A DNA stretch of 64,000 nucleotides from an uncultured Pelagibacteraceae bacterium (GTDB taxonomy: Bacteria > Pseudomonadota > Alphaproteobacteria > Pelagibacterales > Pelagibacteraceae): assembly GCA_902598315.1 (NCBI GenBank), contig CACKBP010000005.1, forward strand, positions 32,583 to 96,582, read 5' to 3'. Below, in pieces: positions 29,115 to 38,437 of the stretch. Every line of letters begins with the position of its first letter. Position 1 is the first letter of the stretch. The translations under genes were made by a program, and so were the position numbers. The notes beneath the pieces are model-generated. The model was not told the DNA's origin. It did no database searches and saw only the letters and a list, made by a program, of their open reading frames with translations.

Positions 29115-29438
29115 ATGAGCATAATTGAAAAGAAAGAAAAAAATTTAAAGCTATTAATTAATAAACTTGACTCACTCACTTTAACTTATTCACAACCGAC
29201 ATATGAGATAGAGAAAATAAAAACTGAAAAAAATGAAATCTTAAGACAAAAAATAAAAATAGAAAACAAGAATCAAGAGCTATTACGCGAGCACAAATAC
29301 TTGAAAGAGAAAATTAAAAGATTGCAATTAGAGGTCAAAAAGAAGATGGAGTTACAAAATAATTTTAACCAAGAAATAGATGAATTAAGTCAAGAAACAG
29401 AAAATTTAGTAACTGAAATTGAAAAATGGCAAATATAA
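29115..29438 (+). CDS. Coiled-coil protein upstream of zapA (ZapB/ZauP-like)
   Basis: Heptad-rich 107 aa protein overlapping the zapA start. Confidence 0.6.
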   Translation: MSIIEKKEKNLKLLINKLDSLTLTYSQPTYEIEKIKTEKNEILRQKIKIENKNQELLREHKYLKEKIKRLQLEVKKKMELQNNFNQEIDELSQETENLVTEIEKWQI

Positions 29439-29872
29439 GCGTAAAATTTAATAACAGAGATTATTTACTTTCTTGCGATGATGGACAAGAAGAATCGCTT
29501 AAAAAACTAACTAAATTTTTGGATAATAAATACTCAGAATTAAAAGATAAACTTGGAAATATCGGAGAAAATAAGCTTTTATTGATCACCACAATTCAAT
29601 TAATTGACGAATACTTTGATCTTAAAGAAAAAGTTACGCAACAAAAAATAAAATTAGATAAAATTATTAATAAATTTAAAGAAATAAAGTCATTAGCTAT
29701 TGAGTATAAAGATGAAAAAGATATCGAAATAAAAAAACTTAACAGTGAACTTGAAAATTTTAAAAAAACAATTGAAGAAAATAATAATTTATATGAGTCA
29801 ATGCTTGATAAAACTACCCAATCACTTGAGAAAATAATTTCAAACACTGAGTCTCTATCCAAAATACAATAA
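29426..29872 (+). CDS. zapA: Cell division protein ZapA
   Basis: ISVKFNNRDYLLSCDDGQEESL, GNIGENKLL...LIDE, C-terminal coiled coil. Confidence 0.88.
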   Translation: MANISVKFNNRDYLLSCDDGQEESLKKLTKFLDNKYSELKDKLGNIGENKLLLITTIQLIDEYFDLKEKVTQQKIKLDKIINKFKEIKSLAIEYKDEKDIEIKKLNSELENFKKTIEENNNLYESMLDKTTQSLEKIISNTESLSKIQ

Positions 29873-30424
29873 ATGGATAAAAAGGGGTTAATTAGAAAAA
29901 AATTTTTCTTCTTAAGAAAAAAAAATTACTTTGAAGTAAAAGATAGTTATTTCACACCTATAATTAAATTAATATCGAAAATTAAAATAGATAGAAAAAT
30001 TAATGTATCAATTTATTATCCATCTTTTTACGAGGTGAATGTACTAAAACTCCTTGATAATGAATTTTCTAAAAATTGCAACTTTTTGTTACCAATTATT
30101 GAGAAAAATAACAAAATGCAATTCTACAAATGGAAAAAGAATGATATTTTATTCGTAAATAAATATGGTTTACTCGAGCCAAAAAAGTCTAGAAAAATAA
30201 TCCCAGATGTAGCTTTAGTTCCAATTTTAAGCTTCGATAAGAAAAAAAATAGAATTGGTTATGGCAAAGGTTATTATGATAAATATTTAAATAAATACAG
30301 AAATTCTAATAAAAAGATTTTAACTATCGGTGTTGCTTTTTCTTTTCAAAAATATCATAAACTGCCAGTGAACCATAAAGATTTTAAACTAGATTTTGTT
30401 GTTACAGAAAAAGGTATGATATAA
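29873..30424 (+). CDS. ygfA: 5-formyltetrahydrofolate cyclo-ligase
   Basis: YGLLEP, PDVALVP, RIGYGKGYYD, HKDFKLD.VVTE. Confidence 0.93.
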   Translation: MDKKGLIRKKFFFLRKKNYFEVKDSYFTPIIKLISKIKIDRKINVSIYYPSFYEVNVLKLLDNEFSKNCNFLLPIIEKNNKMQFYKWKKNDILFVNKYGLLEPKKSRKIIPDVALVPILSFDKKKNRIGYGKGYYDKYLNKYRNSNKKILTIGVAFSFQKYHKLPVNHKDFKLDFVVTEKGMI

Positions 30425-31230
30425 TGAGAATTTTAGTTCTAGGAGATGTAGTAGGTTCATCTGGAAGAAAAGCTTTAAAAAAAAATTTATCAAATATAAT
30501 AAAAAAAAATAAAATTGAATTTTCAATAATCAACGGAGAAAATGCTGCTGACGATGGGAAAGGGATTACTAAAAAAATAGCTGAGGAACTTTTCTCTCAA
30601 GGGATAGATGTGATTACATCTGGCAACCATATTTGGGACAAAGAAGAAACCGCTAGTTATATTGAAAAAGAAATTAGACTTCTTAGACCAGCTAACTTAG
30701 CAGATGGTTCCCCAGGAAAGGGTTTTGGTATTTTTTCATCTAAAAAAAAAAAATTTAAAATTGGAGTCATAAATTTGATGGGAAATGTTTTTATGAGGAA
30801 AACAGATGATGTTTTCAAAGTAGCGAAAGAGATTAGTAAAAAAATTATTTTGAAAAAAAATGTTGATTTTTCTGTTATAGATTTTCATGGTGAAATCACA
30901 AGCGAGAAAATGGCTATAGCTCATTTTTTTGATGGTGCTTGTACTTGTGTAGTTGGAACACATACTCACGTTCCAACTGCAGATACCAGAATTTTAGAAA
31001 AAGGAACTGCTTACCAAACAGATTTAGGTATGTGTGGAGATTATAATTCTGTAATAGGGATGAATAAAGAAAATTCATTAAAAAGATTTCTTAAAGATAA
31101 AGAATCACTAAAGCATTTTCCCGCTGAAGGAGAAGGAACATTATCTGGCGTTATTATCGATGCAAACGAAAACACAGGTCTAGCAAAAGACGTATCTAGA
31201 ATAATAATTGGCGGATCATTGGAAATATAA
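30424..31230 (+). CDS. ymdB: TIGR00282/YmdB metallophosphoesterase
   Basis: GDVVG, NGEN, TSGNH, DFHGEITSEK, GTHTHV, TDLGMCG. Confidence 0.93.
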   Translation: MRILVLGDVVGSSGRKALKKNLSNIIKKNKIEFSIINGENAADDGKGITKKIAEELFSQGIDVITSGNHIWDKEETASYIEKEIRLLRPANLADGSPGKGFGIFSSKKKKFKIGVINLMGNVFMRKTDDVFKVAKEISKKIILKKNVDFSVIDFHGEITSEKMAIAHFFDGACTCVVGTHTHVPTADTRILEKGTAYQTDLGMCGDYNSVIGMNKENSLKRFLKDKESLKHFPAEGEGTLSGVIIDANENTGLAKDVSRIIIGGSLEI

Positions 31231-31232
31231 TT

Positions 31233-31955
31233 ATGGCAGGTCATTCTCACTGGGCAGGTATAAAACATAAAAAAGGAAGAGCTGATAAAGAGAGGTCAAA
31301 AATATTTTCAAAACTTTCAAGAGAGATAACTGTTGCAGCTAGACTTGGAGATAAAGATCCCCACATAAACCCAAGACTAAGAACTGCTATACAGGCTGCT
31401 AAACAGGCAAATATGCCAAAAGATAATATCTTAAGAGCAATAAGTAAGTCAGAGATTTCTGGTGATAAAAATTATGAAAATTTAAGATATGAGGGATTTG
31501 GACCTTTCAACGCTGCTTTAATTATCGAGACATTAACTGATAATAAAAACAGATCTGCTTCAAGTATAAGAACGGTATTACAAAAGAATGGCGGCAGGCT
31601 AGGAGAATCTGGGTCAACTAAACATTTGTTCAATAGCTGTGGAATAATTCACATTGACAGAAATATAATTAGCGAGGAAGAGGTATTTGAGATTGCTTCA
31701 AACTCTGGAGCAAAAGATTGTTTACAACTAAATAATTTTCACGAAATAATTACACGAAAAGATGATTTTTATAAAATCAAAACTGAGTTTGAAAAGAAAA
31801 TAGATAACTTCGCGTACTCAGCCATAGAGTGGCGTGCTTTAAGTATGTTAAATCTTAATAAAGAACAAAGCAGTAAACTAATTGAAGTTTTGACTACTTT
31901 AGATGAGCTAGATGATGTACAAAATGTATTTACTAATGCTAATTTAGATAATTGA
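31233..31955 (+). CDS. yebC: YebC/PmpR family protein
   Basis: MAGHSHWAGIKHKK, NPRLR, YEGFGP, LTDNKNR, DDVQNVF. Confidence 0.96.
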   Translation: MAGHSHWAGIKHKKGRADKERSKIFSKLSREITVAARLGDKDPHINPRLRTAIQAAKQANMPKDNILRAISKSEISGDKNYENLRYEGFGPFNAALIIETLTDNKNRSASSIRTVLQKNGGRLGESGSTKHLFNSCGIIHIDRNIISEEEVFEIASNSGAKDCLQLNNFHEIITRKDDFYKIKTEFEKKIDNFAYSAIEWRALSMLNLNKEQSSKLIEVLTTLDELDDVQNVFTNANLDN

Positions 31956-31959
31956 CTTA

Positions 31960-32457
31960 ATGAAAATAATTGGAATAGATCCAGGATTAAGTGGGGCAAT
32001 AGCGATATTAAAAGATAATAAAGTTTTAAAAATTTTTGATATACCGGTGATGTCAGAAGGGAAGAAAAATAAAAAACAACTTAATAGTGCGCAATTAGTC
32101 AACTTAATAAAGGAAAATACTATCAATGATGAAGATGTGGCAGTTGTAGTTGAACAAGTCAATGCTATGCCAGGCCAAGGAGTAACAAGTATGTTTAATT
32201 TCGGACAAACATTTGGAGCGATAAAAGGTATTTGTGCAGCTTTAAATTTACCTATATTTTTTGTTAGACCATCTAAATGGAAAAAACATTTTGAGCTAAT
32301 TAATTCTTCTAAAGATGCTAGCAGAACTAAGACAATAGAAATGTATCCCTCTTTATCCAGCCAGCTTGCAAAAAAAAAAGATGTTAATAAATCTGATGCT
32401 ATCTTAATCGCTAGATATTTTAGTGAGACAAGGGTATTAGATAATAATAACCGATAA
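31960..32457 (+). CDS. RuvC-superfamily Holliday junction resolvase of MOC1/phage type
   Basis: IGIDPGLSGAIA, VVEQV.AMPGQGVTSMFNFG, RPSKWKKHF.L, KDASR, YPSLSSQLAKKKD...DAILIA. Confidence 0.8.
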   Translation: MKIIGIDPGLSGAIAILKDNKVLKIFDIPVMSEGKKNKKQLNSAQLVNLIKENTINDEDVAVVVEQVNAMPGQGVTSMFNFGQTFGAIKGICAALNLPIFFVRPSKWKKHFELINSSKDASRTKTIEMYPSLSSQLAKKKDVNKSDAILIARYFSETRVLDNNNR

Positions 32458-32508
32458 TTTTAATAAAAACGCCAAATTCATGACACATTCTGAAAGTAAT
32501 GAACTTTA

Positions 32509-33189
32509 ATGGAACAAGATATTGCAGCACAAATAGTTGGATTAGGTGGCGCTTCTGATTTTTCATTGTGGAGCCTATTTTTGCGAGCTGATTTTGTGGT
32601 CAAATTTGTAATAATCTTACTTATAGCAAGCTCAATATTCTCATGGGCTTTAATTTTCGATAAATTTAAATTATTTAAAAATATAAATAAATCTACAGAA
32701 GATTTTGAAAAAAAATTTTGGAAAGCTAAATCAGCTGAAAATTTTAACAACAATCTTCCCGTTAACTCTAGTGATCCTGCTACATTAATATTTAAAGCAG
32801 CAATGACAGAGTTAATAAAAACTAAGAGACAATCATCAGCAGTTCAATCAGCAAGAGTTCAACGAATTTTAGAAATAGCAACAGACAACGAAATAAAAAA
32901 AGTTGAAAAAAATTTTACTTTTCTAGCTACTATTGGATCTACAGCACCTTTTATAGGATTATTTGGAACAGTTTGGGGTATAATGAATTCTTTTCAATCA
33001 ATCGCTATTTCAAGAAATACAAGCCTTGCAATTGTTGCGCCTGGTATCGCTGAAGCATTATTCGCAACCGCTTTAGGATTATTGGCTGCTATACCAGCGG
33101 TAGTTGCTTACAATAAATTTAATAGTGACTCTAGAAGATACTTTTCAAAAATTGATAATTTTTCTAAACGATTTCTATCTATAATTTAA
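32509..33189 (+). CDS. tolQ: TolQ
   Basis: FLATIGSTAPFIGLFGTVWGIM, VAPGIAEAL.ATA.GL.AAIPA. Confidence 0.96.
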   Translation: MEQDIAAQIVGLGGASDFSLWSLFLRADFVVKFVIILLIASSIFSWALIFDKFKLFKNINKSTEDFEKKFWKAKSAENFNNNLPVNSSDPATLIFKAAMTELIKTKRQSSAVQSARVQRILEIATDNEIKKVEKNFTFLATIGSTAPFIGLFGTVWGIMNSFQSIAISRNTSLAIVAPGIAEALFATALGLLAAIPAVVAYNKFNSDSRRYFSKIDNFSKRFLSII

Positions 33190-33190
33190 A

Positions 33191-33604
33191 ATGTCATTTA
33201 ACTTTAATCGCTCAAAAAACGAACCTATGAGTGAAATTAATGTGACTCCGTTCGTAGATGTTATGCTTGTATTACTTATAATTTTTATGGTTACAGCACC
33301 CTTGCTTACTGTTGGTGTTCAAGTTGATTTGCCAGAGTCAGCAGCAGATTCTCTCCCTGATGATCAAGAGCCATTGACAATTAGTATTAATTCCAAGGGA
33401 GAAATTTATATACAAGAGCATCAGGTCACATATCAAAAAATGGTACCTAAATTATTAGCAATAGCAAAAAATAGAACTGATACTAGAATTTATGTTAGAG
33501 GCGACAAAAATATAAATTACGGCAGGGTTTTGGAAGTTATGGGAACATTATCTGGAGCAGGTTTCTCAAAAGTTGCACTAATTTCAGAACCATACAAAAA
33601 TTAG
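33191..33604 (+). CDS. tolR: TolR
   Basis: EINVTPFVDVMLVLLIIFMVTAP, RGDKNINYG. Confidence 0.96.
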   Translation: MSFNFNRSKNEPMSEINVTPFVDVMLVLLIIFMVTAPLLTVGVQVDLPESAADSLPDDQEPLTISINSKGEIYIQEHQVTYQKMVPKLLAIAKNRTDTRIYVRGDKNINYGRVLEVMGTLSGAGFSKVALISEPYKN

Positions 33605-33612
33605 GATGTTGC

Positions 33613-34422
33613 ATGACAAAAAGTTTAATTTATTCAATAACTTTTCACTCAATAATGATTTTGATAACTTTTTTGACCTTACCATTCATGCTTAGAGAAC
33701 CTGTAGAATTACCTCCAATTGTATCAGTAGAATTAATTCAAATATCAGACAAAACCAATATTCCTTATGCTCCAAAAGCTAGAAAAATTATTGAGGAAAC
33801 TAAAAAAAAAGAGGAAGAAAGAGTGGTATCAGAACAAGCTCCACCTGCTGCTAAAGCTAAAGAAAAACCAGATCGTATTCCTTTACCTAATGATAAAAAA
33901 GAGCAAAAAAAAATAATTAAAAAGAAGCAAAATCCCGAAGAGGTTAAACCGCTTATAAGACAGTCTTCAGAATTTGAAAAAAAAGAGATTATAGACACTA
34001 ATCAAATAGCTGCTTTAATTGATAAAGCAAAAGAGGTAGAAGCAGTTAAAGAAAAACAAAATAATAAAATTACCCAAAGCACTAAAAAAAATTCATTTGC
34101 AACTGGGTTAACATTATCTGAAGAAGATGCTTTGCGAGCACAAATATTTGGATGTTGGAGCGTGCCTTTAGGATTACCATATGATCAAGATTTGTTAGTA
34201 AGAATCAAACTTCAATTGAAAAAAGATGGAACAATTACAAAATCTGAAATTTTAGATCATGAGCGTATGAACATGCCAGGACAAAAGTTTTATAAAGTTC
34301 TTGCTGAAAGCGCTCTAAGAGCTGTAAGAATATGCCAACCTTTAAAAGTACCACCTACAGGGTATGATAAATGGAAAGATTTACAATTAAATTTTAACCC
34401 AACGGAAATGTTAAAAGGGTAA
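33613..34422 (+). CDS. tolA: TolA
   Basis: N-terminal TM with SxxxH, charged linker, CW..P...[12 protein letters not shown]-domain; operon position. Confidence 0.85.
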   Translation: MTKSLIYSITFHSIMILITFLTLPFMLREPVELPPIVSVELIQISDKTNIPYAPKARKIIEETKKKEEERVVSEQAPPAAKAKEKPDRIPLPNDKKEQKKIIKKKQNPEEVKPLIRQSSEFEKKEIIDTNQIAALIDKAKEVEAVKEKQNNKITQSTKKNSFATGLTLSEEDALRAQIFGCWSVPLGLPYDQDLLVRIKLQLKKDGTITKSEILDHERMNMPGQKFYKVLAESALRAVRICQPLKVPPTGYDKWKDLQLNFNPTEMLKG

Positions 34423-34423
34423 T

Positions 34424-35761
34424 ATGAGAAATTTGACTTTAACTATCACAGTTTTTTTTAGTCTAATTGTTAATTCGAACGCGCTAATAGAAGTGGACAT
34501 AACTCGAGGTAACCTTGATCCATTACCAATTGCAGTTTCTCCATTACATGTAGATATTAAATCTGAAGAATATAAAGAACTTAAAGTAAAAGAATTAGGT
34601 TCAGAAATTTCCAAAATCATTGAGAAAAATTTTAAAAATACAGGATTATTTAATCCTCTAAAAAAAGATGCTTTTGTTCAAAAACCTGACATAGCTCATT
34701 TAAAACCTCGATTTGAAGACTGGCGCCTTATAAAAGCTCAAGCTTTAGTGACAGGTAAGTTACTGGTGAAAGGCGGCAAATTAAAAGTTGAATTTAGATT
34801 ATGGGATTTAGCAGCTGCTCAGGAAATGACAGCACTTGCATTTACAACAACTCCAACAAATTGGAGAAGAGTAGCACACATTATTTCGGATAAGATTTAC
34901 GAGAGGCTTACAGGAGAAGAAGGTTACTTTGACACACGAATTATTTACGTGGCTGAGAGTGGGCCCAAAAATCAGAGAATAAAAAAATTAGCCATAATGG
35001 ACCAAGATGGAGCAAATACCAAATATCTAACCTTGGGAAATGAATTAGTTTTAACACCTAGATTTAATCCAACAAATCAAATGGTTACTTATATGTCTTA
35101 CTTTAGAAATATGCCAAGAGTGTATTTACTTGATATTGAAACAGGGACACAAGAGGTGGTGGGAAATTTTCCTGGAATGACATTTGCCCCGAGATTTTCA
35201 CCGGATGGAAAAAAAATAATTATGAGTTTTGCTAAGGATGGTAACTCAGATATATATACTATGGATTTGGAAACAAGATTAGTTGAAAGAATCACCGAAC
35301 ATTCATCGATTGATACATCTCCATCCTTTTCACCAGATGGCAAATTCATCGCCTTCAATTCTGATAGAAGTGGTCTGCAACAAATTTACGTGATGAGGAG
35401 TGATGGCACTAAGGTAAAAAGAATTACTTTTGGAAAAGGTATTTATGGAACTCCTGTTTGGTCGCCTAGAGGAGATTTAATTGCGTTCACAAAAATGCAT
35501 AAAGGTAAATTTTATATTGGTGTAATGAGGATTGATGGATCAGGCGAAAGATTATTGACTGAAAATTACTATCAAGAGGCACCTTCATGGTCTCCTAATG
35601 GAAGAGTTCTAGTTTTTTATAGAGAGACTAAAGCAGGAGATAGAGGTGAGGGATTTTCAGCTAAATTGTGGTCAATTGATATTACTGGCTATAATGAAAG
35701 AAGACTTTCTACTAAATCAGACGCTTCAGACCCATCTTGGTCCTCTTTATTATCTAAGTGA
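34424..35761 (+). CDS. tolB: TolB
   Basis: [23 protein letters not shown]40 repeats ([15 protein letters not shown]). Confidence 0.96.
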   Translation: MRNLTLTITVFFSLIVNSNALIEVDITRGNLDPLPIAVSPLHVDIKSEEYKELKVKELGSEISKIIEKNFKNTGLFNPLKKDAFVQKPDIAHLKPRFEDWRLIKAQALVTGKLLVKGGKLKVEFRLWDLAAAQEMTALAFTTTPTNWRRVAHIISDKIYERLTGEEGYFDTRIIYVAESGPKNQRIKKLAIMDQDGANTKYLTLGNELVLTPRFNPTNQMVTYMSYFRNMPRVYLLDIETGTQEVVGNFPGMTFAPRFSPDGKKIIMSFAKDGNSDIYTMDLETRLVERITEHSSIDTSPSFSPDGKFIAFNSDRSGLQQIYVMRSDGTKVKRITFGKGIYGTPVWSPRGDLIAFTKMHKGKFYIGVMRIDGSGERLLTENYYQEAPSWSPNGRVLVFYRETKAGDRGEGFSAKLWSIDITGYNERRLSTKSDASDPSWSSLLSK

Positions 35762-35836
35762 GGTTGAATTTAATGTAAAATATACTTGAATAATTTCTAA
35801 TAATTTGAAATAACCACACTAAACCTAGGGGAAAAA

Positions 35837-36313
35837 ATGAAATTAAATTCGAATTTAAAAAATGTACTTTTAGTAATATTTGCAACTTTAGTACTAAGTG
35901 CTTGTTCAACTGCCAAAAAATCTGGCGATATTGATGGTGATGTATACACTGGAAAAGAAACTGTAGAATATTTAGCTGCAGGAGTTCCTGACAGAGTGTT
36001 TTTTGCTACAAATAAGTCTTCTTTAACAACTGCATCGAGAGCCACATTAAGAAAACAGGCAACATATTTAAGAAAAAATAAAAATTTAAATGTTACTATT
36101 GAAGGTCATGCTGATGAAAGAGGCACAAGAGAATATAACTTAGCTTTGGGTGAGAGAAGAGCTAATGCAGCTAGAGATTATCTAATGACTTACGGTATAT
36201 CAGGAAAAAGAATTTCAGTAATAAGTTACGGAAAAGAAAAACCTGTTAATCCTAAATCTTCGCCTTTAGCTTGGTCTCAAAATAGAAGATCAGTTACTGT
36301 AAAAGTAAATTAA
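35837..36313 (+). CDS. pal: Peptidoglycan-associated lipoprotein Pal
   Basis: LSAC lipobox; IEGHADERGTREYNLALGERRA; NRR. Confidence 0.96.
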   Translation: MKLNSNLKNVLLVIFATLVLSACSTAKKSGDIDGDVYTGKETVEYLAAGVPDRVFFATNKSSLTTASRATLRKQATYLRKNKNLNVTIEGHADERGTREYNLALGERRANAARDYLMTYGISGKRISVISYGKEKPVNPKSSPLAWSQNRRSVTVKVN

Positions 36314-36324
36314 TAATAGATTTT

Positions 36325-36365
36325 AAAAAGACCCTTTGAATTGAATGTCAGAGGGTCTTTTTTTT
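36325..36365 (+). terminator. Intrinsic terminator after pal, possibly bidirectional
   Basis: AAAAAGACCCTTTGA-loop-TCAGAGGGTC followed by a T run. Confidence 0.85.
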
Positions 36366-36392
36366 GCCATTTTATCTGAATAAAAAAGAATC

Positions 36393-37355
36393 ATGTTCAG
36401 ATTAGTAAAATATACTTTAATTTATACCTTGCTATTACCTTTATGGCTCTTAAGCAATCTTCAAGGTGAAGAGGAAGAAATTTATCTAAAATCTATTTCT
36501 GATCAGATACAAGTTATAACTAAAGATTTAAAAACTTTAGAGAAAGCTGTATACCAAAAATCTGATGTCTCCATGTCACTTAGTCCAAGTTCTTTAAAAA
36601 CAGATGGGCTTAATGAAGATATTTTAACAAAGCATCTTTTAAAATTAAATGAAATCGAAGATCAATTTAGAGAACTTACGAATAAATTTGAAGAAGTTAA
36701 TTTTAAGCTAGATAAATTATCAACTAGAGTAACTAAAATTCAATCTGATACTCAATTACGGTTTTCGGATATTGAAAGCGGTGTTGTTACTGACCCAAAA
36801 AAGAAACAAACTGTTTTGCCTGGCACAAGCAAACCACAAGATTTTGGTGCAAGCCCAGGATACAAAACTTCAAATTTGCCTTCTCAACAAACTATAAACT
36901 CTATAGAAAGTGCCCAAACTGTAATTACAGAGGAAGCAGAAAAAAAAGAATCTTTATTGCCTGATAAACCTGCGATGGAACAATATGAATTTGCAGTTAG
37001 TTTTATGAAAATCGGTGATTATGAAACAGCCGAATTTGCTCTAAGAGAATTTATAGATAAAAATAAGGATCATGATTTAGCGGGGAGTGCCCAATATTGG
37101 TACGGAGAGACTTTTAGAATAAGACAACTATATTCTGATGCTGCCACAGCTTATCTCGATGGATATCAAAATTATCCTAAAAGCAAAAAAGCACCAGACA
37201 ATCTTTTAAAATTAGGGATTACAATGGTTCAACTTGGTGAAAAAGACCAAGGTTGCAAAATGATTTTGGGCCTAAAAAAAGAATACCCAAAAGCGAGCAA
37301 GTCTGTGTTACAAAAAGCTCAGTATGAGCAAAAAAAATTCAAGTGCAAATCTTAA
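36393..37355 (+). CDS. cpoB: Tol-Pal protein CpoB/YbgF
   Basis: Signal peptide, coiled coil, TPR domain (AQYWYGE, KAPDNLLKLG). Confidence 0.9.
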   Translation: MFRLVKYTLIYTLLLPLWLLSNLQGEEEEIYLKSISDQIQVITKDLKTLEKAVYQKSDVSMSLSPSSLKTDGLNEDILTKHLLKLNEIEDQFRELTNKFEEVNFKLDKLSTRVTKIQSDTQLRFSDIESGVVTDPKKKQTVLPGTSKPQDFGASPGYKTSNLPSQQTINSIESAQTVITEEAEKKESLLPDKPAMEQYEFAVSFMKIGDYETAEFALREFIDKNKDHDLAGSAQYWYGETFRIRQLYSDAATAYLDGYQNYPKSKKAPDNLLKLGITMVQLGEKDQGCKMILGLKKEYPKASKSVLQKAQYEQKKFKCKS

Positions 37356-38343
37356 AAAATTTTTAGGTGATTTTAAAGATTTTGATAAAATATATTTAAA
37401 TTTTAAAAATAAACTAAATAAACTCAAAAAAAAAACTTATGTGGTTGCTGTATCTGGTGGCCCAGATAGCCTAGCTTTAGTAGCTTTAACTAAAGTCTAT
37501 AGTCTAGATAAAAGTTCAAAGTTTCACTACATTTTAGTTAATCATAACATAAGAGAAAATTCCTCTCTGGAGTCCAAAAAAGTCAAACTAATTTTAAAAA
37601 AAAAAAAGATTAATTTAAAAATTTTAAATAACAACATTAAAATTTCTGCAAATATACAAAATCAAGCTAGAATTTTAAGGTATAAAATGATGGTAGATTA
37701 CTGCCAAAAAAATAAAATCAAAACAATATTGACTGCGCATAATCTTGAGGATCAAGTAGAAACGTTTTTTATACGTCTTTCCAGAGGCAGTGGATTAAAA
37801 GGTTTATCGTCAATGCGATATTCTTCTAACTTAGAAAATAATGTCAAATTGATTAGACCTTTGTTAGATACGAAAAAAAAGTATCTAGTGAAAATTACAG
37901 AAAAAATGTTTGGTAAATATATAAATGATCCCTCTAATTTAGACAAAAAATTTCTTAGAACCAAAATAAGAAATTTAAAATCATCCTTAGAAAAGAGCGG
38001 AATAAACTACGATCAGATAATTAAATCAATACATAACTTAGCATCAAGTAATGATATTTTGGACTCTTACTATTCGCAAATATTTAAAAAAGTAGTTAAA
38101 GCCTCAAGTAAGCAAATTCTCATAAATTTAGATAAATTTGGAAAATACGAAAATGAGATTAAAATATGGATTATTAACTCTTGTATAAAAATTTTGAAAA
38201 AAAATTATTATAATCCTAGAACTAAAAAAGTTATATACCTAATTGGCAAGCTTGGTAGCAAAAAATTTAAAAAAAGCACTCTTGGAGGGTGTGTGTTTGA
38301 AAAGAATGATCCTCTTTTAAGCATAAAATTGGAAAAAAAGTAA
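37324..38343 (+). CDS. tilS: tRNA(Ile)-lysidine synthetase
   Basis: AVSGGPDS, ARILRY, TAHNLEDQVET, IRPLL, DPSN. Confidence 0.94.
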   Translation: MSKKNSSANLKKFLGDFKDFDKIYLNFKNKLNKLKKKTYVVAVSGGPDSLALVALTKVYSLDKSSKFHYILVNHNIRENSSLESKKVKLILKKKKINLKILNNNIKISANIQNQARILRYKMMVDYCQKNKIKTILTAHNLEDQVETFFIRLSRGSGLKGLSSMRYSSNLENNVKLIRPLLDTKKKYLVKITEKMFGKYINDPSNLDKKFLRTKIRNLKSSLEKSGINYDQIIKSIHNLASSNDILDSYYSQIFKKVVKASSKQILINLDKFGKYENEIKIWIINSCIKILKKNYYNPRTKKVIYLIGKLGSKKFKKSTLGGCVFEKNDPLLSIKLEKK

Positions 38344-38437
38344 TACTGCGATAAAATGGTTATAATTTGTCTTATTTACAACTTAATTAAAGATAAAATA
38401 TACTTGTTTATTAGAATTAAATGATTATTTAAAGCTT

